From an uncultured Ruminococcus sp. (GTDB lineage: Bacteria > Bacillota > Clostridia > Oscillospirales > Ruminococcaceae), in assembly GCA_945867875.1 (NCBI GenBank), contig CAMBJF010000001.1, forward strand, positions 1 to 41,001: a DNA stretch of 41,001 nt, read 5' to 3'. Shown here in pieces: positions 1 to 9,876 of the stretch. Every line of letters starts with the position of its first letter. The stretch's first letter is position 1. A model generated the notes under the pieces. The model was given only the letters and a program-made list of their open reading frames with translations, did no database searches and was not told the origin of the DNA. Position numbers and translations under genes: made by a program.

Positions 1-51
1 TATATGGATTATGCGAAGATTTTTTGTCTACAGTTTTATTGGTTATTAGTA

Positions 52-1527
52 TTATTCCTTGTTTTCCTGCTTGTACTCGTAGCCATAGCTCTGATAATAG
101 CCGTACTTTTTGCCGTATCTGCCGTATTTTTTCCTGCCGTATGATGACTTCATACCGCCTGTGCAGAAGGACTTGATAAAGCCAAGCTTTCGTCCGTTTG
201 CAAGGCTCACCTTTTCGAGAGCCTCCGCAATATCGGGGTGAGATGTGGCATTTTCCCTGACAACGAAAACGTGACCGCCGATGATGCTGTTCATAAGCTG
301 TGAGTCGGTAACAACGTTGATAGGAGGGGTATCGAGGAGCACATAATCATACTTTGCGGACACATTTTCAAGGAGCTTTGCCATTATCCCCGAGCCGAGA
401 AGCTCCGTGGGGTTTGGGGGGATAGGTCCCGATGCAAGCACATCAAGAGAGGGGCGGACATTCTTGTTTACAGCATCATCAAGGGTGCAGAAGCCGCCGA
501 GGACTGATGAAAGTCCGTTCTGACCGCCAAGCCTAAACGCAGTCTGCACCGTGGGCTTACGCATATCGCAGTCGATAAGCAGAACTCTCTTGCCCATATC
601 CGCAAACGCAATCGCCATATTTGCGCAGGTGGTGGATTTTCCCTCGCCGGGCTCTGCACTTGTAAAGCCGATGATGTTTCCGCCCGATGCGGCAAGGGAG
701 AAGATGAGGTTTGTTCGTGCCGCTCTGTACGCTTCGGCAATGACAAATGGGGTGTTGTCATCGAGAAGATAGCGCTTTGATGCCGGCCTTTTGGCAGATG
801 TGCGCTTTTCGCCCGTCTTTTTGCCGCCGTAGCCATAGCCGTAGCCGCTGCCCGATGCCGCTTCAAAATCCATAATTTCGGCAAAAACGGGAACGTTATA
901 TATCTTGGTCAGGTCATCTCTCGGTGTGACGGTCACGTTCATAATGTCCTTCACAAAAAGGATAACATATGCCGCCGCCGCCCCAAGGAGAACACCTGCC
1001 GCAGCGAATATCATCGGCCTCGGAAATGACGGATTTTCGGGCACTTCGCCATATTCCACCACTTCGATGGAGCCTGATTTTATGACCCTCATAAACTCAT
1101 TCTGCGCAAGCTCAACGAGCACATTCACGATATCTGCGGAAAGCCGGGGGTCTTCATTTGACGCAGTTATCCGCATTACCTCCGTGCTGTTCACAGAGGT
1201 CACGGATATCATATCGCTCAGCTCCTCCTTTGTGTAGGGGAGATCAAGCTCATATATCACCGAATCAAGCATCTTGTTGCTCTGAAAGATTATCTGACAG
1301 GTGTTAACAAGCTTCTGAGCCGCCGTGATGTCGTTTACGTTAAGGGTCTCGGACTTGTTCTGATTATTCTCCACATAAAGCATAGCTGAGGATTCGTATT
1401 TTTTCGGCACGAGGAACTCAGCCGCCGAAAAGCCCGCCGCCCCGCATATCACCGCCGACACGGCAATGGGGAAAAAGTGGTTTTTCAGAACGGAGAATAG
1501 CTGTTTTATATCAATACTGTCTTCCAT
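52..1527 (-). CDS. Fused polysaccharide co-polymerase (Wzz/CpsC-like) plus BY tyrosine kinase (CpsD/CapB-like)
   Basis: N-terminal Wzz-like region with two TM segments; Walker A GEGKST, A' LLIDCD, Walker B VLLDTPP; Tyr-rich C-terminal tail. Confidence 0.9.
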   Translation of the reverse strand: MEDSIDIKQLFSVLKNHFFPIAVSAVICGAAGFSAAEFLVPKKYESSAMLYVENNQNKSETLNVNDITAAQKLVNTCQIIFQSNKMLDSVIYELDLPYTKEELSDMISVTSVNSTEVMRITASNEDPRLSADIVNVLVELAQNEFMRVIKSGSIEVVEYGEVPENPSFPRPMIFAAAGVLLGAAAAYVILFVKDIMNVTVTPRDDLTKIYNVPVFAEIMDFEAASGSGYGYGYGGKKTGEKRTSAKRPASKRYLLDDNTPFVIAEAYRAARTNLIFSLAASGGNIIGFTSAEPGEGKSTTCANMAIAFADMGKRVLLIDCDMRKPTVQTAFRLGGQNGLSSVLGGFCTLDDAVNKNVRPSLDVLASGPIPPNPTELLGSGIMAKLLENVSAKYDYVLLDTPPINVVTDSQLMNSIIGGHVFVVRENATSHPDIAEALEKVSLANGRKLGFIKSFCTGGMKSSYGRKKYGRYGKKYGYYQSYGYEYKQENKE

Positions 1528-1546
1528 TTATGGGATTTGCTCCTTA

Positions 1547-2416
1547 TTATTTTTTTGCCTTGAATGCTACGGCAACGATGTCAGGACCGCTGTTTGCCGC
1601 AATTGCGCCGCCTACTCTGAATCTGATGTCAACGGGAGGGTAGCCAAGACGCTTTGTAAGCACCTTTGCCAGCTCTTCGGCACGGGCAAGGTCTCTGCCG
1701 CCGATAACGATGTATGGTGAACTCTTTTCAATGCGCTCACAGGTAACATCGGCAAGCTTGGGGATAACATTCTGCTCTCCTCGGGGCTTTGCCACCACCT
1801 TTGTACCCTCGCCCTTGAGGAGAATTACGGGCTTGAGACCGAGAAGCTCGCCGGCAAAGGCTGCCGCAGCACTTATTCTTCCCGATTTTTTTACATATCT
1901 CAGTGTGTATGCCGCAAGATATACCTCGCATACCTCAAACCAGTCAGCAAGATACTTTTCTATCTCATCGGCAGACTTGCCAGCCTCAGCCATTTTCGCA
2001 GCCTCGATAACGGGATAGCCGTATGTTCCCGAATAGCTTGTGGAGTCAAGGACACGAATCCTCAGCTTATCAGCCATATCGGGGTGCTCGGAGAAATAAT
2101 TGTCCCTTGCGGAGCAGGCGTTCTGATATGTGGCAGAGCCGTGGGCGTTTATGGAGATGTAGAAAATATCCTCATAGCCCTCGTCTGCGTATTTCTCAAA
2201 AAGCTCGCCGAACTCAAAGGCTGTGAGCTGGGAGTGAACGGGGAGGTCAGCAGATGCGTCTATCAGGTCATAGTATTCCTCATTGGAAATATCGCCGTCA
2301 CGGAAGCTTTTGTCTCCCACGGTAATGGGAAAGCCCTGCACGTCGATATTGTACTTTTCTGCGTATTCTTTAGTGATGTCGCTGGCGGAATCGGTTATGA
2401 ATTTTATCTTTGACAT
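1547..2416 (-). CDS. DegV family fatty-acid-binding protein
   Basis: IKFITDSASD N-terminus, TLRYVKKSGRIS and LGLKPVI motifs, 289 aa. Confidence 0.92.
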   Translation of the reverse strand: MSKIKFITDSASDITKEYAEKYNIDVQGFPITVGDKSFRDGDISNEEYYDLIDASADLPVHSQLTAFEFGELFEKYADEGYEDIFYISINAHGSATYQNACSARDNYFSEHPDMADKLRIRVLDSTSYSGTYGYPVIEAAKMAEAGKSADEIEKYLADWFEVCEVYLAAYTLRYVKKSGRISAAAAFAGELLGLKPVILLKGEGTKVVAKPRGEQNVIPKLADVTCERIEKSSPYIVIGGRDLARAEELAKVLTKRLGYPPVDIRFRVGGAIAANSGPDIVAVAFKAKK

Positions 2417-2443
2417 AATATTTCGTTCCTTTCGGGAATTTTT

Positions 2444-2938
2444 TTACCAGTTGAATTTTGTAAGCTGTCCTTTGGTTTCAAGGTCGGGATAGCCCCATTG
2501 CCTCAGAACTTCATAGGCGGCAATGGCGGCTGAATTTGAGAGATTAAGACTCCTGAGAGTGCTCCTCATAGGTATTCTAACGCATTCATCGGGGTGAGCG
2601 TAAAGCAGCTCTTCGGGAAGTCCTGCGTCCTCTCTGCCGAAAATAAGATAGCAGTTGTCGGGATATTCCGCATCGGAATGTATCTTCCTGCCCTTGGTGG
2701 TGAAAAAGAAGAAGCTGCCGCCCTTGTTTTTCTCCATAAAATCGGCTATGCTCTCATAATAGGTGATGTCAAGCTTGTCCCAGTAGTCAAGCCCCGCACG
2801 CTTCAGCTTTTTGTCATCTATCTGAAATCCAAAGGGCTTTATAAGATGGAGCCGTGCTCCCGTAACAGCGCAGGTTCGGGCTATATTTCCCGTGTTCTGG
2901 GGTATCTGCGGTTCTGCAAGAACGATGTTCAGACGCAT
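2444..2938 (-). CDS. trmL: tRNA (cytidine/uridine-34 2'-O)-methyltransferase TrmL (SpoU family)
   Basis: PQIPQNTGNIARTC, KRAGLDYW, FGREDAGL and RSLNLSN motifs. Confidence 0.93.
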   Translation of the reverse strand: MRLNIVLAEPQIPQNTGNIARTCAVTGARLHLIKPFGFQIDDKKLKRAGLDYWDKLDITYYESIADFMEKNKGGSFFFFTTKGRKIHSDAEYPDNCYLIFGREDAGLPEELLYAHPDECVRIPMRSTLRSLNLSNSAAIAAYEVLRQWGYPDLETKGQLTKFNW

Positions 2939-2950
2939 ATCATTGCCCCC

Positions 2951-3808
2951 TTAAAGCGACTCATAATCGCATAGGTCGTGCTTTGCCATAAGAAAATCAA
3001 GGCAGCGTTCAAGGAGTATGCCCTCACGTGGATCGGTGCTGTAGCCGTATGTTGTCTTTATGGCAAGCTCCAAAAATGCCGCTGCACGGTTCATTGCAAT
3101 GGGCAGGCTGTCCCCACGGAGCACCGAGCCTGTGAGGACGGAAGCAAAAACATCGCCTGTTCCCGGATATCCCGCATTTACCTGAGTGTAGGGCACCTTC
3201 CAGAACTTGTTGTGCTCACGGTCATAGCCCGCATTGAAGCATTCCCCGCAGACATATGCACTTGTTATGACAACAATTCTCGGGCCAAGCTTGGAAAGTC
3301 TCACAAGAATGCTCTTCATTTCCGTGGCGGAGCGGGGCATAAGAGTGGGGTCCTCCCCGAGAAGTATGGCGGCTTCGGTCATATTCGGGGTTATGATATC
3401 CGCCACCGCCGCAAGCTCGCCCATTCTGCGGCGAAGCTCAGGGTTGCAGGTCTTGTAGGGCTTGCCGTTGTCCGCCATAACGGGGTCTACCACTTTCAGG
3501 GCATCGGGATAGCTTGAAAAAAATTCAAGGCAGTGGTCTATCTGGCTGGTAGATGCGAGAAAGCCGCTGTAGATGCAGTCAAAATCAAGCTTTAGCCGCT
3601 TGTAATGTCCGAGAGCGGGGATAATATAGTCGGTCAGGTCGTGCATTACCACCTCTCCGAAGCCACCCGTGTGGGTGGAGAGGATAGCCGTGGGTACGGG
3701 ACATACCTGTATTCCCATAGCCGAAAGGGTTGGGATTATGACCGACAGTGAACACCGTCCCACGCCCGAAAGGTCGTGAATGGCGGCGACTTTTATGTTG
3801 CTGTTCAA
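2951..3808 (-). CDS. pdxK: Pyridoxal/pyridoxamine kinase (ribokinase fold)
   Basis: HDLSGVGRCSL, VVDPVMAD, ITPNMTEA and GTGD motifs; start moved to TTG at 3808 after an AAAGGTGG RBS because the longer ORF overlaps comF. Confidence 0.85.
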   Translation of the reverse strand: MNSNIKVAAIHDLSGVGRCSLSVIIPTLSAMGIQVCPVPTAILSTHTGGFGEVVMHDLTDYIIPALGHYKRLKLDFDCIYSGFLASTSQIDHCLEFFSSYPDALKVVDPVMADNGKPYKTCNPELRRRMGELAAVADIITPNMTEAAILLGEDPTLMPRSATEMKSILVRLSKLGPRIVVITSAYVCGECFNAGYDREHNKFWKVPYTQVNAGYPGTGDVFASVLTGSVLRGDSLPIAMNRAAAFLELAIKTTYGYSTDPREGILLERCLDFLMAKHDLCDYESL

Positions 3809-3833
3809 GAAAAAAACCACCTTTGGTATGTTA

Positions 3834-4547
3834 TCAGACTGTAGCTGCCGCAGCGCATATGACGCATTCGGCGCCAAGAGCTGTAAGCAGCTCCGAGCAG
3901 GCGTTAAGGGTAGCACCTGTGGTCAGCACATCGTCTGCAAGCAAAACGGTCATTCCCGAAAGGGGAGTGCCGTGAATATCCGTGTAATAATTTTTGTGAG
4001 CCGCTGTGTGCCTTTCATCTCTGCTAAGATCGTGCTGTGCGGTCTTTGAAAAGCGCCTGCGGATAAGATCAGTCCTGACGGGGATATCAGTGCCTTTAAC
4101 GATAGCCTTTGCAATTTCCTCCGCCTGATTATAGCCCCTCATTCGCTGCTGCTTAGGTGACATCGGAACGGGCACGGTGATATCTATATCATAGAGCACG
4201 CCCATTTCGTCAAGCATATCTCTCAGCGCCCTGCCGAAAATAATGGCAGAGTTCAGATTGTTTTTGAATTTAAGGCTGTAAATGCCGTCCTTGACATTTC
4301 CGGAATAATATGCCGCTGAGGCGCAAAGGGAATAGCTGTGGGGAGCTTTGCAGTCACATTCGGGTCTTACAGGCTTTCCACACCGTCGGCAGATGTATTC
4401 GTCCGCCCACATTATCTCCGAAAAGCACTGCTCACAGCAAAGCCTGTCAAAGCTTATAAATCCGCCGCAGAAGGGGCATCGGTTTGGGAAAAAGAAGTCC
4501 AGCAGGCGGCTTTTGATGCTGCTGTCGCCATGTGTGATGTCATTCAT
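3834..4547 (-). CDS. comF: ComF family protein (double zinc ribbon plus phosphoribosyltransferase domain)
   Basis: CPFC/CEQC/CRRC motifs, RGYNQAE, LLADDVLTTGATL. Confidence 0.9.
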   Translation of the reverse strand: MNDITHGDSSIKSRLLDFFFPNRCPFCGGFISFDRLCCEQCFSEIMWADEYICRRCGKPVRPECDCKAPHSYSLCASAAYYSGNVKDGIYSLKFKNNLNSAIIFGRALRDMLDEMGVLYDIDITVPVPMSPKQQRMRGYNQAEEIAKAIVKGTDIPVRTDLIRRRFSKTAQHDLSRDERHTAAHKNYYTDIHGTPLSGMTVLLADDVLTTGATLNACSELLTALGAECVICAAAATV

Positions 4548-6757
4548 CAGCTCATTTCCTGCTCTATCATATTTTTAAGGCAGGTGTAGCGGAGAGTTCT
4601 GCGGTCATTGTTCACCATTTTCTCCACGATTGCCTTTGAACCCACTATTATAAGCATTTTCTTGGCTCTCGTAACGGCGGTGTAAAGCAGGTTTCGGTAA
4701 TACAGCTTGTCAAAGCCCCCCAGCAATGGCAGGATAACGGCTGTAAATTCGCTGCCCTGACTTTTGTGGACGGTTATGGCGTAGGCAAGCTCTATCTGCT
4801 CGGTCATTTCAAGGGAATATTCCGCAATGCGACCCTCAAAATCAATTACCACCGTTCCCTCGGAACGCTTTACCTTGATTATTGTGCCGATATCGCCGTT
4901 GAAAATTCCCGAGCCCTCTTCGCCGTCTTTTTTCCAGATAATGTCATAATTATTCTTGGTCTGCATCACCTTGTCCCCGTCACGGAATGTAAACACTGCT
5001 CCTTTTATCTCCGCAAGCTCTTTCTGTGGCGGATTTATCCTCCGCTGGAGGAGCTTATTCATCTCAACAGAGCCGAGAACGCCCTTTCTTGACGGACACA
5101 GCACCTGTATATCATCGGTGGGGGAAAACCCATATGCATCGGGGAGACGCTGAACGCAGAGGTCTGCCACGGTGAGGGCGGCTTCATCGGGATTTAAGCG
5201 CTGCATAAAGAAAAAGTCGCTGTCCTTGCGGGTAAGGTCGGGCTGTTCGCCGCTTACTATCCTGTGGGCATTGGTGATTATGCAGCTCTGTTGTGCCTGA
5301 CGGAAAATTTCATTGAGCGCCACAACGGTGAGCCTGCCGCTGTCGATCATATCCTTGAGGATATTTCCAGCACCCACAGAGGGGAGCTGGTCGCTGTCGC
5401 CTACCATAATAAGGCGGCAGGAGAGCTTTAATGCACGGAGAAGTGACTCAAACAGCAGGGTGTCCACCATTGACATCTCATCTATTATCATAACGTCGCA
5501 GGAAACAGGGTCACGTTCATTGTGCTTGAATTTGAGCTGACCCGAATTGTCGTACATCACTTCAAGGAGACGGTGAATGGTCTTTGCGGGATAGCCCGTA
5601 AGGTCGGATATCCGCTTGGCGGCACGTCCCGTAGGAGCGGTTATCATTACCTTCATACCCCGCTGCTCATAAAGTGAGATTATGGCTTTAAGGGTGGTGG
5701 TCTTACCTGTTCCGGGGCCGCCTGTCAGTATAAGAAAGCCCTTTGACAGAGCAAGGGAAATTGCCTCTCTCTGCTTCTCGGCATAGGTTATTATCTTGGT
5801 CTTTTCTTCGATATCTATAAGCTTTGTGTAATCCGTTCCTGTGTCCTTGAAGCAGTCGTTCATAACGGAAAGACGGGAGCTTATGTACTGCTCGGCACGG
5901 AAAAAGTCTTCAAGGAAAACAAAATCCCTGCCGCCCTTGTTATAGATGCATATGTCGTTGTCACTGATGGCTGAGGAAAGGTTGTCGTCGATTATCTCCT
6001 CGCCCACGGAAAGCAGCTTTATCGCCGCCTCTTTCAGCCTGTCAAGGGGGAGACAGGTGTGACCATTGTAGGAGTTGTGCATAAGAATGTATATGATGCC
6101 AGCCTTGACACGCCCCTCGCTTTCGGGAGGTATCTCCAGCTTCTGCGCCATTTCCTCGGCTTTACTGAAATCAAGCTCTATCCCCGCTCCGCAGAGCACA
6201 TAGGGGTTCGCCTTTATCATTTCCACCGCAAACTGACCCCACCGTTTCCACGCAGCCACAGCCTTTGAGGGGGATATGCCGTAGCCTGTGAGGAATATCA
6301 TCAGTGAGCGGACGCCCGAAATGCGTCTGAATTCCTGTGCGATCTCCTCCGCCTTGCTCTGTGAAACACCCTTGACCTCGGTGAGTCTGTCAGGGTCACT
6401 TTCGATGACTTCAAGGGTCTTGTCACCGAAATGCTCCACCATACGTCCCGCAAGGGTTGGACCTATGCCTTTGATAACGCCTGAGGAAAGGTATTTGAGG
6501 ATAGCGGCTTCCGTAACGGGCATTTTCCGCTCGCAGGTCTCCGCACGGAACTGTGCGCCGAATTTCGGGTGATTTACATACCGTCCCGTGAGCCGCAGCT
6601 CCTCGCCCTCCTCAATAGTGCCCAGCTCGCCCACAACGGTGACATAATCGCTGCCCGTGTCAAGGTCAAGGACAATGTAGCCGTTCTGCTCGTTGCAGAA
6701 AAGTATGTCCTCGGCAGTGCCCTCTATATGGATAAGCTCGGTCTCATTCTTTTGCAT
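4547..6757 (-). CDS. recD2: ATP-dependent RecD2-like DNA helicase
   Basis: GGPGTGKTT, APTGRAAKR, IIDEMSM, GDSDQLPSVG, AYAITVHKSQGSEF, YTAVTRA; ATG at 6757 lies downstream of the promoter. Confidence 0.93.
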   Translation of the reverse strand: MQKNETELIHIEGTAEDILFCNEQNGYIVLDLDTGSDYVTVVGELGTIEEGEELRLTGRYVNHPKFGAQFRAETCERKMPVTEAAILKYLSSGVIKGIGPTLAGRMVEHFGDKTLEVIESDPDRLTEVKGVSQSKAEEIAQEFRRISGVRSLMIFLTGYGISPSKAVAAWKRWGQFAVEMIKANPYVLCGAGIELDFSKAEEMAQKLEIPPESEGRVKAGIIYILMHNSYNGHTCLPLDRLKEAAIKLLSVGEEIIDDNLSSAISDNDICIYNKGGRDFVFLEDFFRAEQYISSRLSVMNDCFKDTGTDYTKLIDIEEKTKIITYAEKQREAISLALSKGFLILTGGPGTGKTTTLKAIISLYEQRGMKVMITAPTGRAAKRISDLTGYPAKTIHRLLEVMYDNSGQLKFKHNERDPVSCDVMIIDEMSMVDTLLFESLLRALKLSCRLIMVGDSDQLPSVGAGNILKDMIDSGRLTVVALNEIFRQAQQSCIITNAHRIVSGEQPDLTRKDSDFFFMQRLNPDEAALTVADLCVQRLPDAYGFSPTDDIQVLCPSRKGVLGSVEMNKLLQRRINPPQKELAEIKGAVFTFRDGDKVMQTKNNYDIIWKKDGEEGSGIFNGDIGTIIKVKRSEGTVVIDFEGRIAEYSLEMTEQIELAYAITVHKSQGSEFTAVILPLLGGFDKLYYRNLLYTAVTRAKKMLIIVGSKAIVEKMVNNDRRTLRYTCLKNMIEQEMS

Positions 6758-6788
6758 AGCCCTTTTCCCCACTAAAAAACTTCTCTTT

Positions 6789-6817
6789 ATTATACCATAA
6801 TTCCAGTTTGATTGCAA
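6789..6817 (-). promoter_or_regulatory. sigma-A promoter for the recD2 operon
   Basis: TTGCAA-17nt-TATAAT with extended TG on the minus strand. Confidence 0.7.
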
Positions 6818-6850
6818 CCGTTTTCTGATTTATTTTTCTTGCTTTCCGCC

Positions 6851-6879
6851 TTGCAATTTCATAAGCTTTGTGATATAAT
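6851..6879 (+). promoter_or_regulatory. sigma-A promoter for cca
   Basis: TTGCAA-17nt-TATAAT with extended TG. Confidence 0.7.
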
Positions 6880-6924
6880 ATAAATTAGGTAAATTTTCGC
6901 TATAGAATTGGATGTGAGCATACC

Positions 6925-8280
6925 TTGGATATCAGTATTCCCATTAATGTGAAAGAAGTCCTTGACCGTCTTGAGCGTGGCGGCTTTGAGGCTTATATAG
7001 TAGGCGGCTGCGTCCGTGACAGTATCCTCGGAAAGAAGCCGAAGGATTATGATATCACCACAAATGCGCTCCCTGACGAGATAATCGCCTGTATGGACGG
7101 AATGAAGGTCATCGAAACGGGCATTAAGCACGGCACGGTCACTGTTATCAGCAGCGGAGAGGCAGTGGAGGTCACCACCTACCGCATTGACGGCAAATAC
7201 ACCGACCACCGCCGCCCCGACTCGGTAAAATTCTCCGACTCCCTCGAAAAAGACCTTTCCCGCAGGGATTTCACCGTGAATGCAATGGCATATTCCGATA
7301 AGACGGGCATTATTGATATTTTCGGCGGTCAGCAGGACCTTTTCAGCGGCAGGATAAGATGTGTTGGCGAGCCTGCGGTGAGGTTTGAGGAGGACGCTCT
7401 CAGGATATTCAGAGCACTCCGCTTTGCATCGGCGCTTGGCTTCCGCATAGACCCCCTTACCGCTTCGGCGATACACGAGAAAAAGCAGCTCCTTAAAGAG
7501 ATCGCCTCCGAAAGGATAATGAACGAGCTTACGGACTTCGTTATGGGTACAGCCCCCTGCGACCTGATGATAGAATTTGACGATGTTTTCTGCACTATAA
7601 TCCCCGAGTTTGCAAAGTGCGTGGGCTTTGACCAGAAGAGCAGATATCACGTTTACGATGTATGGGAGCACACCGCCCACGCCGTTGAGAACTCAAAGGC
7701 TGACAAGGAAGTAAGGCTTGCGCTGTTTTTCCACGACATTGAAAAGCCCACCTGCTGCCGCATCGATGAGGAGGGTCACGGACATTTCCCGGGACACGAA
7801 AAGCGCAGTGCGGAGACCGCCGAGAGGATCATGCGCCGCCTTAAATTTGACGGCGACACCATAAAAAACACCTGCGAACTCATAAAATACCACTACATCA
7901 CCCCCGTTGATGACAAGCGTGTTGTAAAGCACCTTATCTCCGTTATGGGGCTTGGAATGTTTGATAAGCTTGCGGAGGTGATGAAGGGCGACAGCCGTGC
8001 AAAGCAGAGCTTCTGCCTTGAAAGAGTTAACACCCTTGACGCTATGAAGTACCTTGCTCACGAGATAATCGAAAATGGCGAATGCTGCACTCTCCACGGT
8101 CTGGCCATAAAGGGCAGCGACCTTGAGGACATCGGCTTTGAGGGCAGACAGATAGGCGAAGCCCTTGACCAGCTCCTTGTAATGGTCATTGATGAAAAGC
8201 TGCCCAATGAAAGAAGCGCGCTCATTGATGCCGCAAGGGATTTCGGCAGCAGCGGCCGCAAAAGGGTATTCGAGCTGTAA
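6925..8280 (+). CDS. cca: tRNA nucleotidyltransferase (CCA-adding family) with HD-like domain
   Basis: VGGCVRD, DYDITT, RRDFTVNA, EDALRI, FFHDIEKP; TTG start. Confidence 0.88.
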   Translation: MDISIPINVKEVLDRLERGGFEAYIVGGCVRDSILGKKPKDYDITTNALPDEIIACMDGMKVIETGIKHGTVTVISSGEAVEVTTYRIDGKYTDHRRPDSVKFSDSLEKDLSRRDFTVNAMAYSDKTGIIDIFGGQQDLFSGRIRCVGEPAVRFEEDALRIFRALRFASALGFRIDPLTASAIHEKKQLLKEIASERIMNELTDFVMGTAPCDLMIEFDDVFCTIIPEFAKCVGFDQKSRYHVYDVWEHTAHAVENSKADKEVRLALFFHDIEKPTCCRIDEEGHGHFPGHEKRSAETAERIMRRLKFDGDTIKNTCELIKYHYITPVDDKRVVKHLISVMGLGMFDKLAEVMKGDSRAKQSFCLERVNTLDAMKYLAHEIIENGECCTLHGLAIKGSDLEDIGFEGRQIGEALDQLLVMVIDEKLPNERSALIDAARDFGSSGRKRVFEL

Positions 8281-8306
8281 ATATTTTCCCGAAAACTGAA
8301 TATAAT

Positions 8307-8340
8307 AAAAAAGCAGGAGCGGAAAATTTTCCGTTCCTGC
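8307..8340. terminator. Intrinsic terminator between convergent cca and nrdR
   Basis: GCAGGAGCGGAA/TTCCGTTCCTGC stem with a U-tract on the minus strand. Confidence 0.7.
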
Positions 8341-8353
8341 ATATCGTAAAAAA

Positions 8354-8809
8354 TCATTTGTCTCCGTTTTTTCTCAGGTCGGAGATAAGGTCAAGGAAGC
8401 AGTCCACGTCGCTGAAGTCCTTATTTACCGAGGCAAATCGGACATAAGCCACCTCGTCCAGCTTTTTGAGCTGTTCGAGAACCATATCGCTTATTTCACG
8501 GGTGGATATCTGGGTTATCATATTGTTTGCGCAGTAGCTTTCGATGCTGTCGGCAATGGCGATTATGGCAGAGCCGGGCACAGGCCGCTTTTTCACCGCA
8601 AAGGAAAGACCTCTTATCAGCTTGTTTCGGTCAAAAGGCTCATAGGTGTTGTCCTTTTTGTTGACGAGCAGATCGGGTATCTCAACGCTTTCATATGTGG
8701 TAAAGCGCTTGTCGCAGTTTGTGCAGCGCCGTCTGCGCCGTTTCTTTCCGCCGATAAGACGGGAATCAACGACCTTGGTATCTTCAAATCCGCAATAGGG
8801 GCATTTCAT
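8354..8809 (-). CDS. nrdR: Transcriptional repressor NrdR
   Basis: MKCPYCG, KVVDSR, RRRRRC, RFTTYE, ATP cone, DEVAYVRFASV; ATG at 8809 after GAAAGG. Confidence 0.95.
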   Translation of the reverse strand: MKCPYCGFEDTKVVDSRLIGGKKRRRRRCTNCDKRFTTYESVEIPDLLVNKKDNTYEPFDRNKLIRGLSFAVKKRPVPGSAIIAIADSIESYCANNMITQISTREISDMVLEQLKKLDEVAYVRFASVNKDFSDVDCFLDLISDLRKNGDK

Positions 8810-8852
8810 AGGCAGACCGCCTTTCCGAGAAAGAATAAAATTTTTCATTAAC

Positions 8853-8881
8853 ATTATAACCGATTTTCCGCCTGATGTCAA
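8853..8881 (-). promoter_or_regulatory. sigma-A promoter for nrdR
   Basis: Perfect TTGACA-17nt-TATAAT on the minus strand. Confidence 0.8.
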
Positions 8882-8913
8882 GCGGAGATATCCGTTTAAA
8901 AGGACTGAAAAAA

Positions 8914-9852
8914 TTGAAGAAGAAAAGAAAACCCAACGGTGTAAAACTGTTTATCATATCAACGGCTATTTTATTTACGGCGGTGTTTTTATTGTCAGGT
9001 ACAGCTTCACGTAAGGACGATGAAAATAACATTGCAAAGGAATCAGAGCCAGCGGTGACTGGCAGCGGCACAGTCGATGCGACAGCTGCATCATCGGAAA
9101 CATTACCCGATGAGACAGGCGTTTCCGATGTTTCGGACACAGCTGTCTATGGTGACACTTCCGACACCGAAACAACGGCAGAGTCAAAAGAACCCAAGCC
9201 CGACCCCTCAGATGCCGACAACACCTGGGCGATGTTCCTTGTTAACTCAAAAAATCAGGTCCCCGAGGAATACTGCGACGGTATAGAAACTGACCTTGTA
9301 TATGAAAGCTGGAGGGAATATTATCTTGATTCCCGTGCGGCTGAGTATATGAAGCAGATGATAAAGGCTGCGGAGGAGGACGGCATTCAGCTTGTGGTAA
9401 TGTCCGCATACCGCAGTGTGGAGTATCAGCAGAACAACTTCGACAAGAGCGTTCAGGACAGGATCGACAACCGTGGAATGACCTATGAAGAGGCATATGC
9501 GGATACCTTGAAGGAAGTCCAACTCCCCGGCTACAGCGAGCATAACGCAGGCGTTGCGGCGGATATTATGTCCAACGAGGAGACCAGTATGGAGGACGAC
9601 CGCTTCAAAAACACAAAGGCGTATGAATGGCTCCAAGAAAATGCTGCGGATTACGGCTTTATCCTCAGATACCCCGAAAACAAGGAGGATATCACGGGAA
9701 TAATATATGAGCCGTGGCATTACCGCTTTGTGGGCGTTTATTACGCAAAGCTCCTTGCCGACAAGGGCGTTACGCTGGAGGAATATTTTGAGGAAATGAA
9801 CTGGGTCGATGAGGACGGCAAGGCTGTTTATCATCTCCCCGTGCTTGAATAA
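8914..9852 (+). CDS. Membrane-anchored M15B (VanY-like) D-Ala-D-Ala carboxypeptidase
   Basis: Basic N-terminus and TM anchor, S/T/D/E-rich linker, SAYRS, SEHNAG..D, YEPWHYRFVG; start probably TTG 8914 (AAAGGA RBS), alternatively 8875. Confidence 0.85.
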   Translation: MKKKRKPNGVKLFIISTAILFTAVFLLSGTASRKDDENNIAKESEPAVTGSGTVDATAASSETLPDETGVSDVSDTAVYGDTSDTETTAESKEPKPDPSDADNTWAMFLVNSKNQVPEEYCDGIETDLVYESWREYYLDSRAAEYMKQMIKAAEEDGIQLVVMSAYRSVEYQQNNFDKSVQDRIDNRGMTYEEAYADTLKEVQLPGYSEHNAGVAADIMSNEETSMEDDRFKNTKAYEWLQENAADYGFILRYPENKEDITGIIYEPWHYRFVGVYYAKLLADKGVTLEEYFEEMNWVDEDGKAVYHLPVLE

Positions 9853-9876
9853 AAATACCTGAAAGGAAGTTTTAAA

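Noticed and set aside
3809-3916. N-terminal extensions given by the ORF track for pdxK (and likewise recD2, nrdR, spoIIR, groES, hsp20, fliM)
   Set aside because: They run through the RBS, promoter or neighbouring gene; downstream starts with proper RBSs fit family lengths.
8914-9852. VanY-like gene as a vancomycin-resistance determinant
   Set aside because: No vanHAX/vanRS genes nearby; M15B peptidases are common housekeeping cell-wall enzymes.
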